Shown piece by piece: positions 1 through 8,032 of a stretch of 40,389 nucleotides of DNA (within the stretch, counting starts at the first letter, position 1; each line of letters starts with the position of its first letter). The notes beneath the pieces are model-generated. The model saw nothing but the letters and a program-made list of their open reading frames with translations, searched no databases and was not told the origin of the DNA. The position numbers were made by a program, and so were the translations under genes. Source of the DNA: Deltaproteobacteria bacterium (lineage in GTDB: Bacteria; Desulfobacterota; Desulfobulbia; Desulfobulbales; SURF-16); NCBI GenBank assembly GCA_029939635.1, contig JAOZSN010000003.1, positions 1-40,389 of the forward strand, read 5' to 3'.

Positions 1-4
1 TGAT

Positions 5-1516
5 ATGAGCTTTTTGCAGACTGCTGTGCGGAGCATGATTGCCAGTCGACTGGCAGCCAGTGGCAAGGTGAAAATTGTTGAGCCCGGAGCTGACTATAGT
101 TTGCAGGGAACAATTACCGCCATTGGCAAGGGGGTGAGTATTAATGCTACAGTACTATGTGCTGATGGCTCGGTTCCCTCAGCCTCCTATGTATCTTCTG
201 CTGCAAATGAGGACGGTATTATTGCGGCGGTAGATGAGCTTGCTGCCAAGATTGCTGCAGGTTCCTTTGGGGCTGAAGATCCTGCCAAGAAGGTAGTTGC
301 TGTTGCCGCAGTACCTGTCGTAGCCCCTGCTCCTGCTTCATCAGCCTTTTCTACAGCTCATCCTGACCGTGCCTTTATTAAGGCTGCACCGGTGACAGCC
401 GCAAGACAACAGACCGGTCACGGGGCAATTGTCAAGGCTTCTGCTGTTGGTGCTGCTAGGCACGGTTTTATTAAGACCCAGACCTTGAAGGTTGCCATGC
501 AGGATATGGCGATTGGTGATATTGACGGTGATGGCTTTGACGATGTGGTCTTGGCTGATCAGTTTACGGCAACGGTGTATCGCCTCCAGGGTAAGCGCCT
601 TGTTAAATTTGCCGAGATTTCACTGCCAACCCAGCATAAAATTGTTTCCCTGGTGGTTGCTGATGTTGACGGTGATGGCCGTAATGAGCTGTATGTCAGT
701 GGTGCTAAAAAAGGTCGGCCTTCTTCTTTGGCAGTACAGTGGCAAGGATCAGCATGGCACTATTTGTATAAAGGGCAGGACTGGTTTGTGCGCCCCATGC
801 AACTTCCAGGGCGCGGTTGGGTTCTGGTTGGGCAGGGTGCTGGCATGAATGCCCCTTTTGCTGGGTCTATTTATGAATTACGCTTAGAGGGTACTACCCT
901 GCGCCACGGAGAACCGTTATCTGTACCTGCTACGGTAAATGTTTTCAGCTTTGAGATGGCTGATTTGGATGGTGATGGTGCGGTGGAGGTCATTGCCGTT
1001 GATGATAGTGATTTCCTGCGGGTTATGCATACCAGTGGTAGGTTGTTATGGAAGAGCTCTGATCGTTTCGGTGGTTCTGTACGCTATCTTGGTGGTCTGG
1101 ATGATCTGCGTCACCGGGCCGGTAAACCAGGGCATCAGGAGATGGACAGTATTGATGGTGAGGAGGTTAAACGTGTGTATCTGCCCACGCCTATTCTGAT
1201 AACAGATCTTAACAAAGATGGGTTGCCGGATATTATTGTCAATAAAAATGGTGATTCTGCCAGCCGTTTCTTTGACAACATCAAAACCTACCCCTCTGGT
1301 GAGATTATGGGTCTAACGTGGGACGGTCTTGGCTTAACAGAGTTATGGCGTACTAAGAAGGTTGATGGTTATGTGGCCTCCTATGCCTTGCGCAATCAGG
1401 GTCAACAACAAGATGATAGTCGGCTCTATGTTGGTGTAGTGCTTAGCCGTTCCATGGAAGATTTCTTCTCCGCCAAAGAGTCAACAGTGCTGATTTTTCC
1501 CATGCTGAAAGAATAA
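5..1516 (+). CDS. FG-GAP/VCBS-type repeat protein, possibly 5'-truncated by the window edge
   Basis: 503-aa ORF with four spaced DxDGDG-type motifs (DIDGDGFDDVV, DVDGDGRNELY, DLDGDGAVEVIA, DLNKDGLPDII) typical of FG-GAP propeller blades. The frame is open back to position 2, so the true start may lie upstream. Confidence 0.75.
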   Translation: MSFLQTAVRSMIASRLAASGKVKIVEPGADYSLQGTITAIGKGVSINATVLCADGSVPSASYVSSAANEDGIIAAVDELAAKIAAGSFGAEDPAKKVVAVAAVPVVAPAPASSAFSTAHPDRAFIKAAPVTAARQQTGHGAIVKASAVGAARHGFIKTQTLKVAMQDMAIGDIDGDGFDDVVLADQFTATVYRLQGKRLVKFAEISLPTQHKIVSLVVADVDGDGRNELYVSGAKKGRPSSLAVQWQGSAWHYLYKGQDWFVRPMQLPGRGWVLVGQGAGMNAPFAGSIYELRLEGTTLRHGEPLSVPATVNVFSFEMADLDGDGAVEVIAVDDSDFLRVMHTSGRLLWKSSDRFGGSVRYLGGLDDLRHRAGKPGHQEMDSIDGEEVKRVYLPTPILITDLNKDGLPDIIVNKNGDSASRFFDNIKTYPSGEIMGLTWDGLGLTELWRTKKVDGYVASYALRNQGQQQDDSRLYVGVVLSRSMEDFFSAKESTVLIFPMLKE

Positions 1517-1523
1517 AAAAACA

Positions 1524-1572
1524 GGAGTAGAGAAGTAAAGGAAGATGACATCTTCTTTACTTCTCTACTCCT
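1524..1572. terminator. Bidirectional rho-independent terminator between convergent genes
   Basis: GGAGTAGAGAAGTAAAGGAAGAT / ATCTTC-TTTACTTCTCTACTCC forms a stem of about 22 bp with one bulge. An A-run lies upstream (TAAAAAAA) and a T-run downstream (TTTCTATTTTTT). It sits between the stops at 1516 (+) and 1585 (-). Confidence 0.75.
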
Positions 1573-1584
1573 TTCTATTTTTTC

Positions 1585-1941
<357 letters not shown>

Positions 1942-1992
1942 TTAATAACAGGTGTCAGCAAGAAGCTAACACCTGATACCTGGTAGTTTAGT

Positions 1993-3204
1993 TTATATTG
2001 TATAGCCAATCTCGCTGTGCTGGGTCAAATCAAGCCCCTGGATTTCATCATCGCGGTCAACACGGAGGCCGATGAGCATGTCAATGGCCTTTAGGATAAT
2101 GAAAGAGGCACTGACAGAATAGATGATGGTGACTCCTGCGTCAATCAGCTGGGTGGTAAAGAGGCCAGGGTTGCCGTAGAAGAGGCCGTTGGCACCAGCG
2201 CTGTTGACAGTTGTGGTGGCAAACAGTCCCGTGGCCAGGGCACCCCATAGGCCACCAACACCATGGACACCAACAACATCAAGGGCGTCGTCGTAGCCCA
2301 ATTTACCCTTGGCAAGTACGGCAAAATAACAGAGAGAGCCACCCACCAGGCCGATGAGCATTGCTGAGCCCGGTGTTACAAAACCACAGCCTGGGGTGAT
2401 GGCCACCAGGCCTGCCACGGCACCAGAAGCGCCGCCAAGACAGGTGGGCTTTCCCTGGTTGAGCCATTCTGCTAAAATCCAGGCAAGGGCACCGCAACCA
2501 GCTGCAACCTGGGTGGTGAGAAAGGCATTAGCAGCAATGCCGTCGGCAGCAAGGGCAGAACCAGCATTAAAGCCAAACCAGCCAAACCAGAGGATGCCAG
2601 CACCCAGCAGGGTCATGCCCAGATTATGGGGATGCATGGCCTCGCGTCCCCAGCCTTTGCGTTTGCCGATTAGTAGTGCTGCCACCAGTGCCGCTGCACC
2701 TGAATTTATATGGATAACAGTGCCACCAGCAAAGTCAAGGCCGCCGTGATTGCTGATCCAGCCACCACCCCAAACCCAGTGGCATACAGGGAAATAAACA
2801 AGGGTGGTCCAGAGGATGGTGAAGAGTAGGAAGGCGGAGAATTTAATTCTTTCGGCAAAGGCACCGGTGATCAATGCCGGGGTGATAACGGCAAACATGA
2901 GCTGAAAGGCGCAAAAAACCAGGTGGGGGATGGTTGAGCCTTCCTGTGGCGAAGCTGTGACCCCATTGAGCATGAAAAAATCCATATTGCCCACCAGACC
3001 CCCAATGTCACCACCAAAGGCCATGGAGTAGCCGTATATTACCCATATAACGGTTACAACGCCAAGACAAATAAAGCTTTGCAGCAGGGTGGAAAGGACA
3101 TTTTTAGAGCGGACCATGCCGCCGTAAAAGAGGGCCAGGCCCGGGGTCATCAGCATGACCATGGCGGTGGCCACGAGCATAAATGCGGTATCTCCAGAAT
3201 TCAT
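1993..3204 (-). CDS. amtB: Ammonium transporter (Amt family)
   Basis: 403-aa polytopic membrane protein with Amt signatures (DFAGGTVIHINSGAAAL, FGWFGFNAGSA, VHGVGGLWG). An AAGGAG RBS lies about 8 nt upstream of the ATG. Confidence 0.95.
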   Translation of the reverse strand: MNSGDTAFMLVATAMVMLMTPGLALFYGGMVRSKNVLSTLLQSFICLGVVTVIWVIYGYSMAFGGDIGGLVGNMDFFMLNGVTASPQEGSTIPHLVFCAFQLMFAVITPALITGAFAERIKFSAFLLFTILWTTLVYFPVCHWVWGGGWISNHGGLDFAGGTVIHINSGAAALVAALLIGKRKGWGREAMHPHNLGMTLLGAGILWFGWFGFNAGSALAADGIAANAFLTTQVAAGCGALAWILAEWLNQGKPTCLGGASGAVAGLVAITPGCGFVTPGSAMLIGLVGGSLCYFAVLAKGKLGYDDALDVVGVHGVGGLWGALATGLFATTTVNSAGANGLFYGNPGLFTTQLIDAGVTIIYSVSASFIILKAIDMLIGLRVDRDDEIQGLDLTQHSEIGYTI

Positions 3205-3281
3205 TGTGTACAGCTCCTTGTGGTAAAATATGATAAAGAGGCGTTACTGTCAGTACGACACGGTGTGTTGTCTGTACTTAC

Positions 3282-3297
3282 AGCAAGGGCTGTGCCA
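3282..3297 (-). promoter_or_regulatory. Sigma-54 (-24/-12) promoter for amtB-glnK
   Basis: The minus strand reads TGGCAC-AGCCC-TTGCT, which matches TGGCAC-N5-TTGCW. It lies about 78 nt upstream of the amtB ATG and fits nitrogen control of amt-glnK operons. Confidence 0.7.
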
Positions 3298-3364
3298 TAG
3301 ATGTGTCCGGATATTTTTTTAGCGGTATATTAGGTGGTTACTGGATGGTGTTCTTTTGTTGGGG

Positions 3365-3418
3365 CGTAATCCCACCAAACAAAATGACATTTTTGTAATT
3401 TTGTTTGGTGGGATTACG
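3365..3418. repeat. Perfect 21-bp inverted repeat with a 12-nt spacer; function unclear (MCP gene terminator-like hairpin or upstream regulatory site for amtB)
   Basis: CGTAATCCCACCAAACAAAAT (3365-3385) pairs perfectly with ATTTTGTTTGGTGGGATTACG (3398-3418). It lies 19 nt past the MCP stop and about 70-135 nt upstream of the sigma-54 promoter. No U-tract follows on the minus strand. Confidence 0.6.
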
Positions 3419-3436
3419 AAAATGAAAGGCAGTGGG

Positions 3437-4951
3437 TTACGGTAGGAACATGGTGTCGTGATCAGCTTCATCCTGCTGCCAACTTTCCACTCCGCTTTCA
3501 GTGCTGTCTGTCTTGACCTTGAATTGGGACATGGAGGAGGAAAGGTTTCTGGCGTTTTCAGCAGTGTGCTGGATGCCACTGTCCAGCTCATGGATGGCTC
3601 GGTTGATTTGTTCAACACCTAGGGCCTGTTCAGTAGAGGCGGTGGTTATTTCGTTGATAATATTGGATACCTTGTCCATGTCTGTGGCAACATCACCAAA
3701 ATCTTCTTGGGCCTGAGTGACAAGATGTGATCCTTCTTGGACTTTATTAATGGTATTCTCTAAGAGCTCTGCAGTGCTCTTGGCTGCCTCGGCTGAGCGC
3801 ATGGCTAAATTCCGAACCTCTTCAGCCACCACAGCAAATCCTGCCCCTGCCTCACCAGCTCTTGCGGCCTCAACAGCCGCATTCAAGGCCAGCAGGTTAG
3901 TTTGAAAGGCTATCTCATCAATGGTTTTAATAATTTTTGATGTTTCTTGACTAGAGGTGGAAATGCCCTCCATGGCATGGGTGATTTTATTCATTGACTC
4001 GGCGGCACGAGTCACACCTTGGCCGGTATTTCCCACCATCTGATGGGCGGCACTGGTATTCTCTGAGTTTTGCTTTGTCATGGCATTGACCTCTTCCAGG
4101 GAAGAGGATGTTTCTTCCAATGATGCAGCCTGACTGCTGGCTGCATCAGAAAGCTTCAGCGATATGTCAGTGTTGGTCTGGATGGTCATATTGAGACTGC
4201 TGATGGCGCTGTTAAGGCTTTCGGCCATTTCTTGCAATTCATCTTCACCCTTGACCTCAAGCACGTGGGAAAAATCACTCATGCCTAATATTTTCGTGAA
4301 GGAGGTAACTTGGAGGAGACGTAAGATTACACTGCGTACCATAAGGATAAAGGCGACCATGGCAAAAATAATGATCGCCATGGTGATTATTGTCGTAACG
4401 CGCAAGGATGTCAGCGTTGAAAGCATGGTAGCAGAGGTCGTTGATTCGTCTTTTTTAATTACTGTGGTAATGGTTTTGAATGCCTCAAAGGCAGGGGTGT
4501 CGTCAATTTTAACAATTTTGTCAACCTCTGTTGCCGTCTTGCCTTGCGCTACGAGGGAGGCGGCGATATGCATATTGTCGCTGTAGGCCTTGGCAACGAG
4601 TTCAATCTTTTTTATGGCCTGCTGTTCTCTGTCTGTAGGGCTGATTTCTTTGAGCTGGCTGATGGCATTTTGCATGACGCTACTATTTTTCTTAAAACGA
4701 TCCTGGTACTTATCTTGGCCGCGGAGGACATAGTTTTTAAAATTATGAATAAAACCACCATAGCCAAATTGAGACTGAATTTCGCCAAGCAAGGCAAGTT
4801 TGGCCACGGACTGTTGATTATAGTCTGCCCATATCTGTTCAACCTGGTTCATGGAACGGTTCACCAAGATGATGGCTAATAAAATGGTAAGGCCAAGAAA
4901 CATGGAGAAAATTAAAGTTTTAAGTTTAATGGTGAGTCGCAAGGGATTCAT
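3437..4951 (-). CDS. Methyl-accepting chemotaxis protein
   Basis: Contains the conserved MCP signalling hairpin ([40 protein letters not shown]), two TM segments and a periplasmic sensor domain. I prefer the start at MNPLRL (4951; GAGG upstream) over the 5032 ORF start. Confidence 0.9.
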   Translation of the reverse strand: MNPLRLTIKLKTLIFSMFLGLTILLAIILVNRSMNQVEQIWADYNQQSVAKLALLGEIQSQFGYGGFIHNFKNYVLRGQDKYQDRFKKNSSVMQNAISQLKEISPTDREQQAIKKIELVAKAYSDNMHIAASLVAQGKTATEVDKIVKIDDTPAFEAFKTITTVIKKDESTTSATMLSTLTSLRVTTIITMAIIIFAMVAFILMVRSVILRLLQVTSFTKILGMSDFSHVLEVKGEDELQEMAESLNSAISSLNMTIQTNTDISLKLSDAASSQAASLEETSSSLEEVNAMTKQNSENTSAAHQMVGNTGQGVTRAAESMNKITHAMEGISTSSQETSKIIKTIDEIAFQTNLLALNAAVEAARAGEAGAGFAVVAEEVRNLAMRSAEAAKSTAELLENTINKVQEGSHLVTQAQEDFGDVATDMDKVSNIINEITTASTEQALGVEQINRAIHELDSGIQHTAENARNLSSSMSQFKVKTDSTESGVESWQQDEADHDTMFLP

Positions 4952-4995
4952 GGGAGGCCTCGTGGGAAAGGAATCAAGGATAGGATATTTATAGC

Positions 4996-5025
4996 AGTGT
5001 ATGGCTAAACTGGCTGAATTGTCAA
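4996..5025 (-). promoter_or_regulatory. Candidate sigma-70 promoter for the MCP gene
   Basis: The minus strand reads TTGACA-18 nt-TACACT, with the -10 element about 45 nt upstream of the 4951 ATG. This is a motif match only. Confidence 0.3.
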
Positions 5026-5209
5026 GAAACAACAGTCGACCCGGGAAAGCTGGTGACGTTAAAAGAGAATAACGCAGGGCAAAGCAGTGGGGTTGGCTTG
5101 ACTCTTTGGTAAATATTTTTAAGTACGAGATGTAGGGAGACCTCGCTGGTTCAGACCCAGGGAGGGCAAGAACCAGGAAGATCTAGGAAGGGGTGGGGTT
5201 GCTGGAGGG

Positions 5210-5521
5210 TTATGATGATTTTTGTTTGGCCAGTTCTGTGGTGTTTTCGGCAATGCGAAAGACTACCACCACCAGCTCCAGAAACATTCTGGCCCATAGC
5301 ACCATGATGAGAAAGGAGAGGGGGGCAGCAATAAGCAGGGTGAATATACCTGTGAGAAACGATTCGAAGAAACCTGAAAAACCAAGTACGAGAGCCGATA
5401 TGGCTGAACTGAGAATGGCAATGATGTAGAAGAATTTTATCATTTTGATGGTGATAAATTCCGAGAATGACATATCAAAAAGTGCGCCCAAGGTTTTCTT
5501 GACGATATTGCTCTCTTCCAT
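5210..5521 (-). CDS. DUF4282-like small membrane protein
   Basis: 103 aa. The N-terminal LFDMSFSEFITIKMIKFFYIIAIL followed by two hydrophobic helices matches the DUF4282 pattern. Confidence 0.75.
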   Translation of the reverse strand: MEESNIVKKTLGALFDMSFSEFITIKMIKFFYIIAILSSAISALVLGFSGFFESFLTGIFTLLIAAPLSFLIMVLWARMFLELVVVVFRIAENTTELAKQKSS

Positions 5522-5549
5522 AATGCTTTTCCTTGTTAATGGTTTGTGG

Positions 5550-7094
5550 TTAAAATGCGGAATTGGTATTGGCCTGTTTGGTCTTGGTTGCAGCCTGGTC
5601 TCGGCTGTCTATGATTTTCGCATTTTTTGTATTACCATACATAAGTATGAACTGATTCTCTAAGTCAAGCATTGCCATAATTCTATTGGAGCTGAATTCG
5701 GCAGAAACCAATAAGAGTGATTGGCCGGAATCCCTCTGCCATGCCTTGTTAAATATTTGCACGCCCTCTTTTGTTGTGTGTTTTTCATCTTCTGCTGGGT
5801 CACCATATTTTTGGATCAGTTTAGGGGCAATGGCTTTGAAGGCTTTCAGGTCATCAAGCATATAAGAAAAGGCGACAAGTTTGGCCTTGGGGCGGCGGAA
5901 CATGTCCTTCTGTACGACATATTGCGCCACACCCATGGCGGCTCCTAAGCCAATGGCGCTGGTGTCGTAAATTTCAGTAAATTGTGTCTCTGTTTCAGAG
6001 GCCTGCTCAGGCTCACGCATCATAAATGTACCGCCCACCTTTTCGATGGCTCGGCGGAATTTTTCTGGTGCTATGGAGGAGTTTGCCATGGCTATGGTGT
6101 TAAACAGCACCAGCTTTTCCCTTTCCCGTTTTTTGATTGACGCTATTTTTTGCTGCTGTTTGGCCTCCTCCTTTTTCTTTGCTACGGCTAGTTGTTGCTG
6201 GCGTTTTTTTTCGGCCTTGGCCTTGGCTGTTGCCGCTTTTTCTTTCTGCTGCTGTTCAATAGCCAGTTGTTGCTGGCGTTTTTCTGCCACCTCAACCCTG
6301 GTCTTTTCTTCATTTTGTTTCTGGATGACAAGTTGCTGCTGGCGTTTCTTCTCTTGCTGGTTTTGGCGGGTAACCTGCTGCTGTTGCTTCTCTTTCGCCA
6401 CAACCTTGGCTGCGGCTGCCGCTGCCTCTTGCGCCTTCAGTTCTCGCTCAAAGGCCAGTTCTGTTCCTGACGCGGCCAGCTTAAATTCTATAGTGTAATT
6501 GGTTTTGCCGTTAATACTACGGCCATCGCTGGCTACCTTGCCGTTATAGTTTCGAACTCGCCATTTATACTGCTTGAGCCATTTGGTGAAGGTATTCAGG
6601 GCTATTGTGCCTTTTTGGTTGTCATAGCTGCCATAAATCTCATAGGCCCAGGTATTACCACCGTAGGGGCCGTGAATTATTTCATGATCCATAATGGCGG
6701 TAATATTGGTGTGAAGCTTGTCACCAATATTAATGCGGTCAATCTTGATAATCTTTAGCTTGGCCTTGATTGGTGATTTGGCATAGGTATCATAATAGGC
6801 CCCGGCCCACACCTGGCCGGTGCTGAAAGGTTGATTTGTTGCCACGGCTGGCCTCTTGTTTCTTTTGGTTGCTGGCGTTGCGGTCTTAGTAACCGCTTTG
6901 GGCTGACCTTGAAAACGCTCGATCTGGCCCTGAACCTCTTTTGCCGACTGCTGGGCATTTTGAACATCGCTGGAGCCAATGGCCCCGCTGACCGTATCAA
7001 CTATCTTGCCCAGGTCGCTGAAACTGAAGGCAAAGGAAATGGTGGTGCTGGCCAACAGGCAGGCAAGGGTGAAAATGGCAACTCGTAATTTCAT
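5550..7094 (-). CDS. Secreted protein with a central K/Q/E-rich coiled coil (hypothetical)
   Basis: 514 aa with an N-terminal signal peptide (MKLRVAIFTLACLLASTTISFA). The central segment carries three (E)KKRQQQL(A/V) repeats. I recognise no family for the flanking globular domains. Confidence 0.75.
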   Translation of the reverse strand: MKLRVAIFTLACLLASTTISFAFSFSDLGKIVDTVSGAIGSSDVQNAQQSAKEVQGQIERFQGQPKAVTKTATPATKRNKRPAVATNQPFSTGQVWAGAYYDTYAKSPIKAKLKIIKIDRINIGDKLHTNITAIMDHEIIHGPYGGNTWAYEIYGSYDNQKGTIALNTFTKWLKQYKWRVRNYNGKVASDGRSINGKTNYTIEFKLAASGTELAFERELKAQEAAAAAAKVVAKEKQQQQVTRQNQQEKKRQQQLVIQKQNEEKTRVEVAEKRQQQLAIEQQQKEKAATAKAKAEKKRQQQLAVAKKKEEAKQQQKIASIKKREREKLVLFNTIAMANSSIAPEKFRRAIEKVGGTFMMREPEQASETETQFTEIYDTSAIGLGAAMGVAQYVVQKDMFRRPKAKLVAFSYMLDDLKAFKAIAPKLIQKYGDPAEDEKHTTKEGVQIFNKAWQRDSGQSLLLVSAEFSSNRIMAMLDLENQFILMYGNTKNAKIIDSRDQAATKTKQANTNSAF

Positions 7095-7126
7095 AATGGT
7101 ATAACTCTGAAGAAGATTGTTAAAAT

Positions 7127-7155
7127 AACGGCGATTCCAGGAAGGAATCGCCGTT
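7127..7155 (-). terminator. Rho-independent terminator after the PEP-CTERM-like gene
   Basis: Perfect 12-bp stem AACGGCGATTCC / GGAATCGCCGTT with a 5-nt loop, followed on the minus strand by ATTTTAA. It lies 19 nt past the stop at 7174. Confidence 0.65.
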
Positions 7156-7173
7156 GTCTGTAATGCCTTATGA

Positions 7174-7749
7174 CTAAGGGTGGATTTGTTTTTTACGGCG
7201 CATGGCCACCAGTCCCATCAGGCCTGAGCCCAAGAGATAAACGGCACCGGGGATGGGGGTAGGTGTGCTATTGGCATTCCAGTGACCCTGAACACCGCCA
7301 CTCATGCCTGAGTATGTGCCCCCTGTGATTGCGGTGTCCGTCACGCCTCCATAAAAGGTGTCATTAACATTCCAACTCTGCCTGGTGTTCTCGTTGTGTT
7401 TAAAGTTAAGCCTACCGTTATTTATCAGAAATGTTCCCGTAAAATTCCATATTTCAAGGTCAGGGAATTGCCAGGTTCCTGTTATGTCAAACAGGGTGCC
7501 GATTTCATTAAGTTCCTGGCTTTCGAAGCGTAATATCGAGCCATCTGGACTCTCACTGCCACTCCATGAAATCACCCAATCACGACCCGTTAAATCAACC
7601 GAGGCCGCCTCACATACAGGCGCTACAGTCAGAGCGCAGACGGATAAACAGGTGCTTAATGTAATAGTCTTTAGAATATTCACTTTTTTCTTTCTCCTTT
7701 TCTTATTCGGGGCCAACTGTTCAGAGCAATAGCCCGTAACAGTGAGCAC
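7174..7749 (-). CDS. Secreted protein with a PEP-CTERM-family (VPLPA-like) C-terminal sorting signal
   Basis: The C-terminus TPIPGAVYLLGSGLMGLVAMRRKK has the Pro-rich motif, TM helix and basic tail of PEP-CTERM-type anchors. The signal peptide is KKKVNILKTITLSTCLSVCALTVAPVCEA. An alternative GTG start at 7683 is preceded by AGGAG. Confidence 0.75.
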   Translation of the reverse strand: MLTVTGYCSEQLAPNKKRRKKKVNILKTITLSTCLSVCALTVAPVCEAASVDLTGRDWVISWSGSESPDGSILRFESQELNEIGTLFDITGTWQFPDLEIWNFTGTFLINNGRLNFKHNENTRQSWNVNDTFYGGVTDTAITGGTYSGMSGGVQGHWNANSTPTPIPGAVYLLGSGLMGLVAMRRKKQIHP

Positions 7750-7806
7750 GTCAATATCAGCCTTCTAGGGGCCAACGCTGAACAACACATTTCCTCACAC
7801 CTAAAA

Positions 7807-7822
7807 AGCAGAAACTATGCCA
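7807..7822 (-). promoter_or_regulatory. Candidate sigma-54 promoter upstream of the PEP-CTERM-like gene
   Basis: The minus strand reads TGGCAT-AGTTT-CTGCT, with correct GG-N10-GC spacing. It lies 58 nt upstream of the 7749 ATG, divergent from the adjacent AAA+ enhancer-binding-type regulator. Confidence 0.45.
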
Positions 7823-8032
7823 TCCTGATAAAAAAATCTCCTTGCCACCTAACCCCTTGAAATAGCGTCGGCGGGACAAACCGCCACCTATGCCGGGAAA
7901 TGGTCATAATGGGGAATATTGATTTGTGGTATTTTTTCGTGGTGTTATTCGTGATTTTGACTATAGTTCCGCCTTGATAGCAAACAACTGGTGTGCATAG
8001 TGCAAAAAAATACAAAGGCGGCAGGGTTATCT

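Noticed and set aside
7989-8004. Sigma-54-like motif TGGTGT-GCATA-GTGCA upstream of the AAA+ regulator gene
   Set aside because: GG-N10-GC spacing is present, but both elements deviate from consensus. The motif lies only about 29 nt from the preferred ATG and overlaps the alternative GTG start. The evidence is too weak to call.
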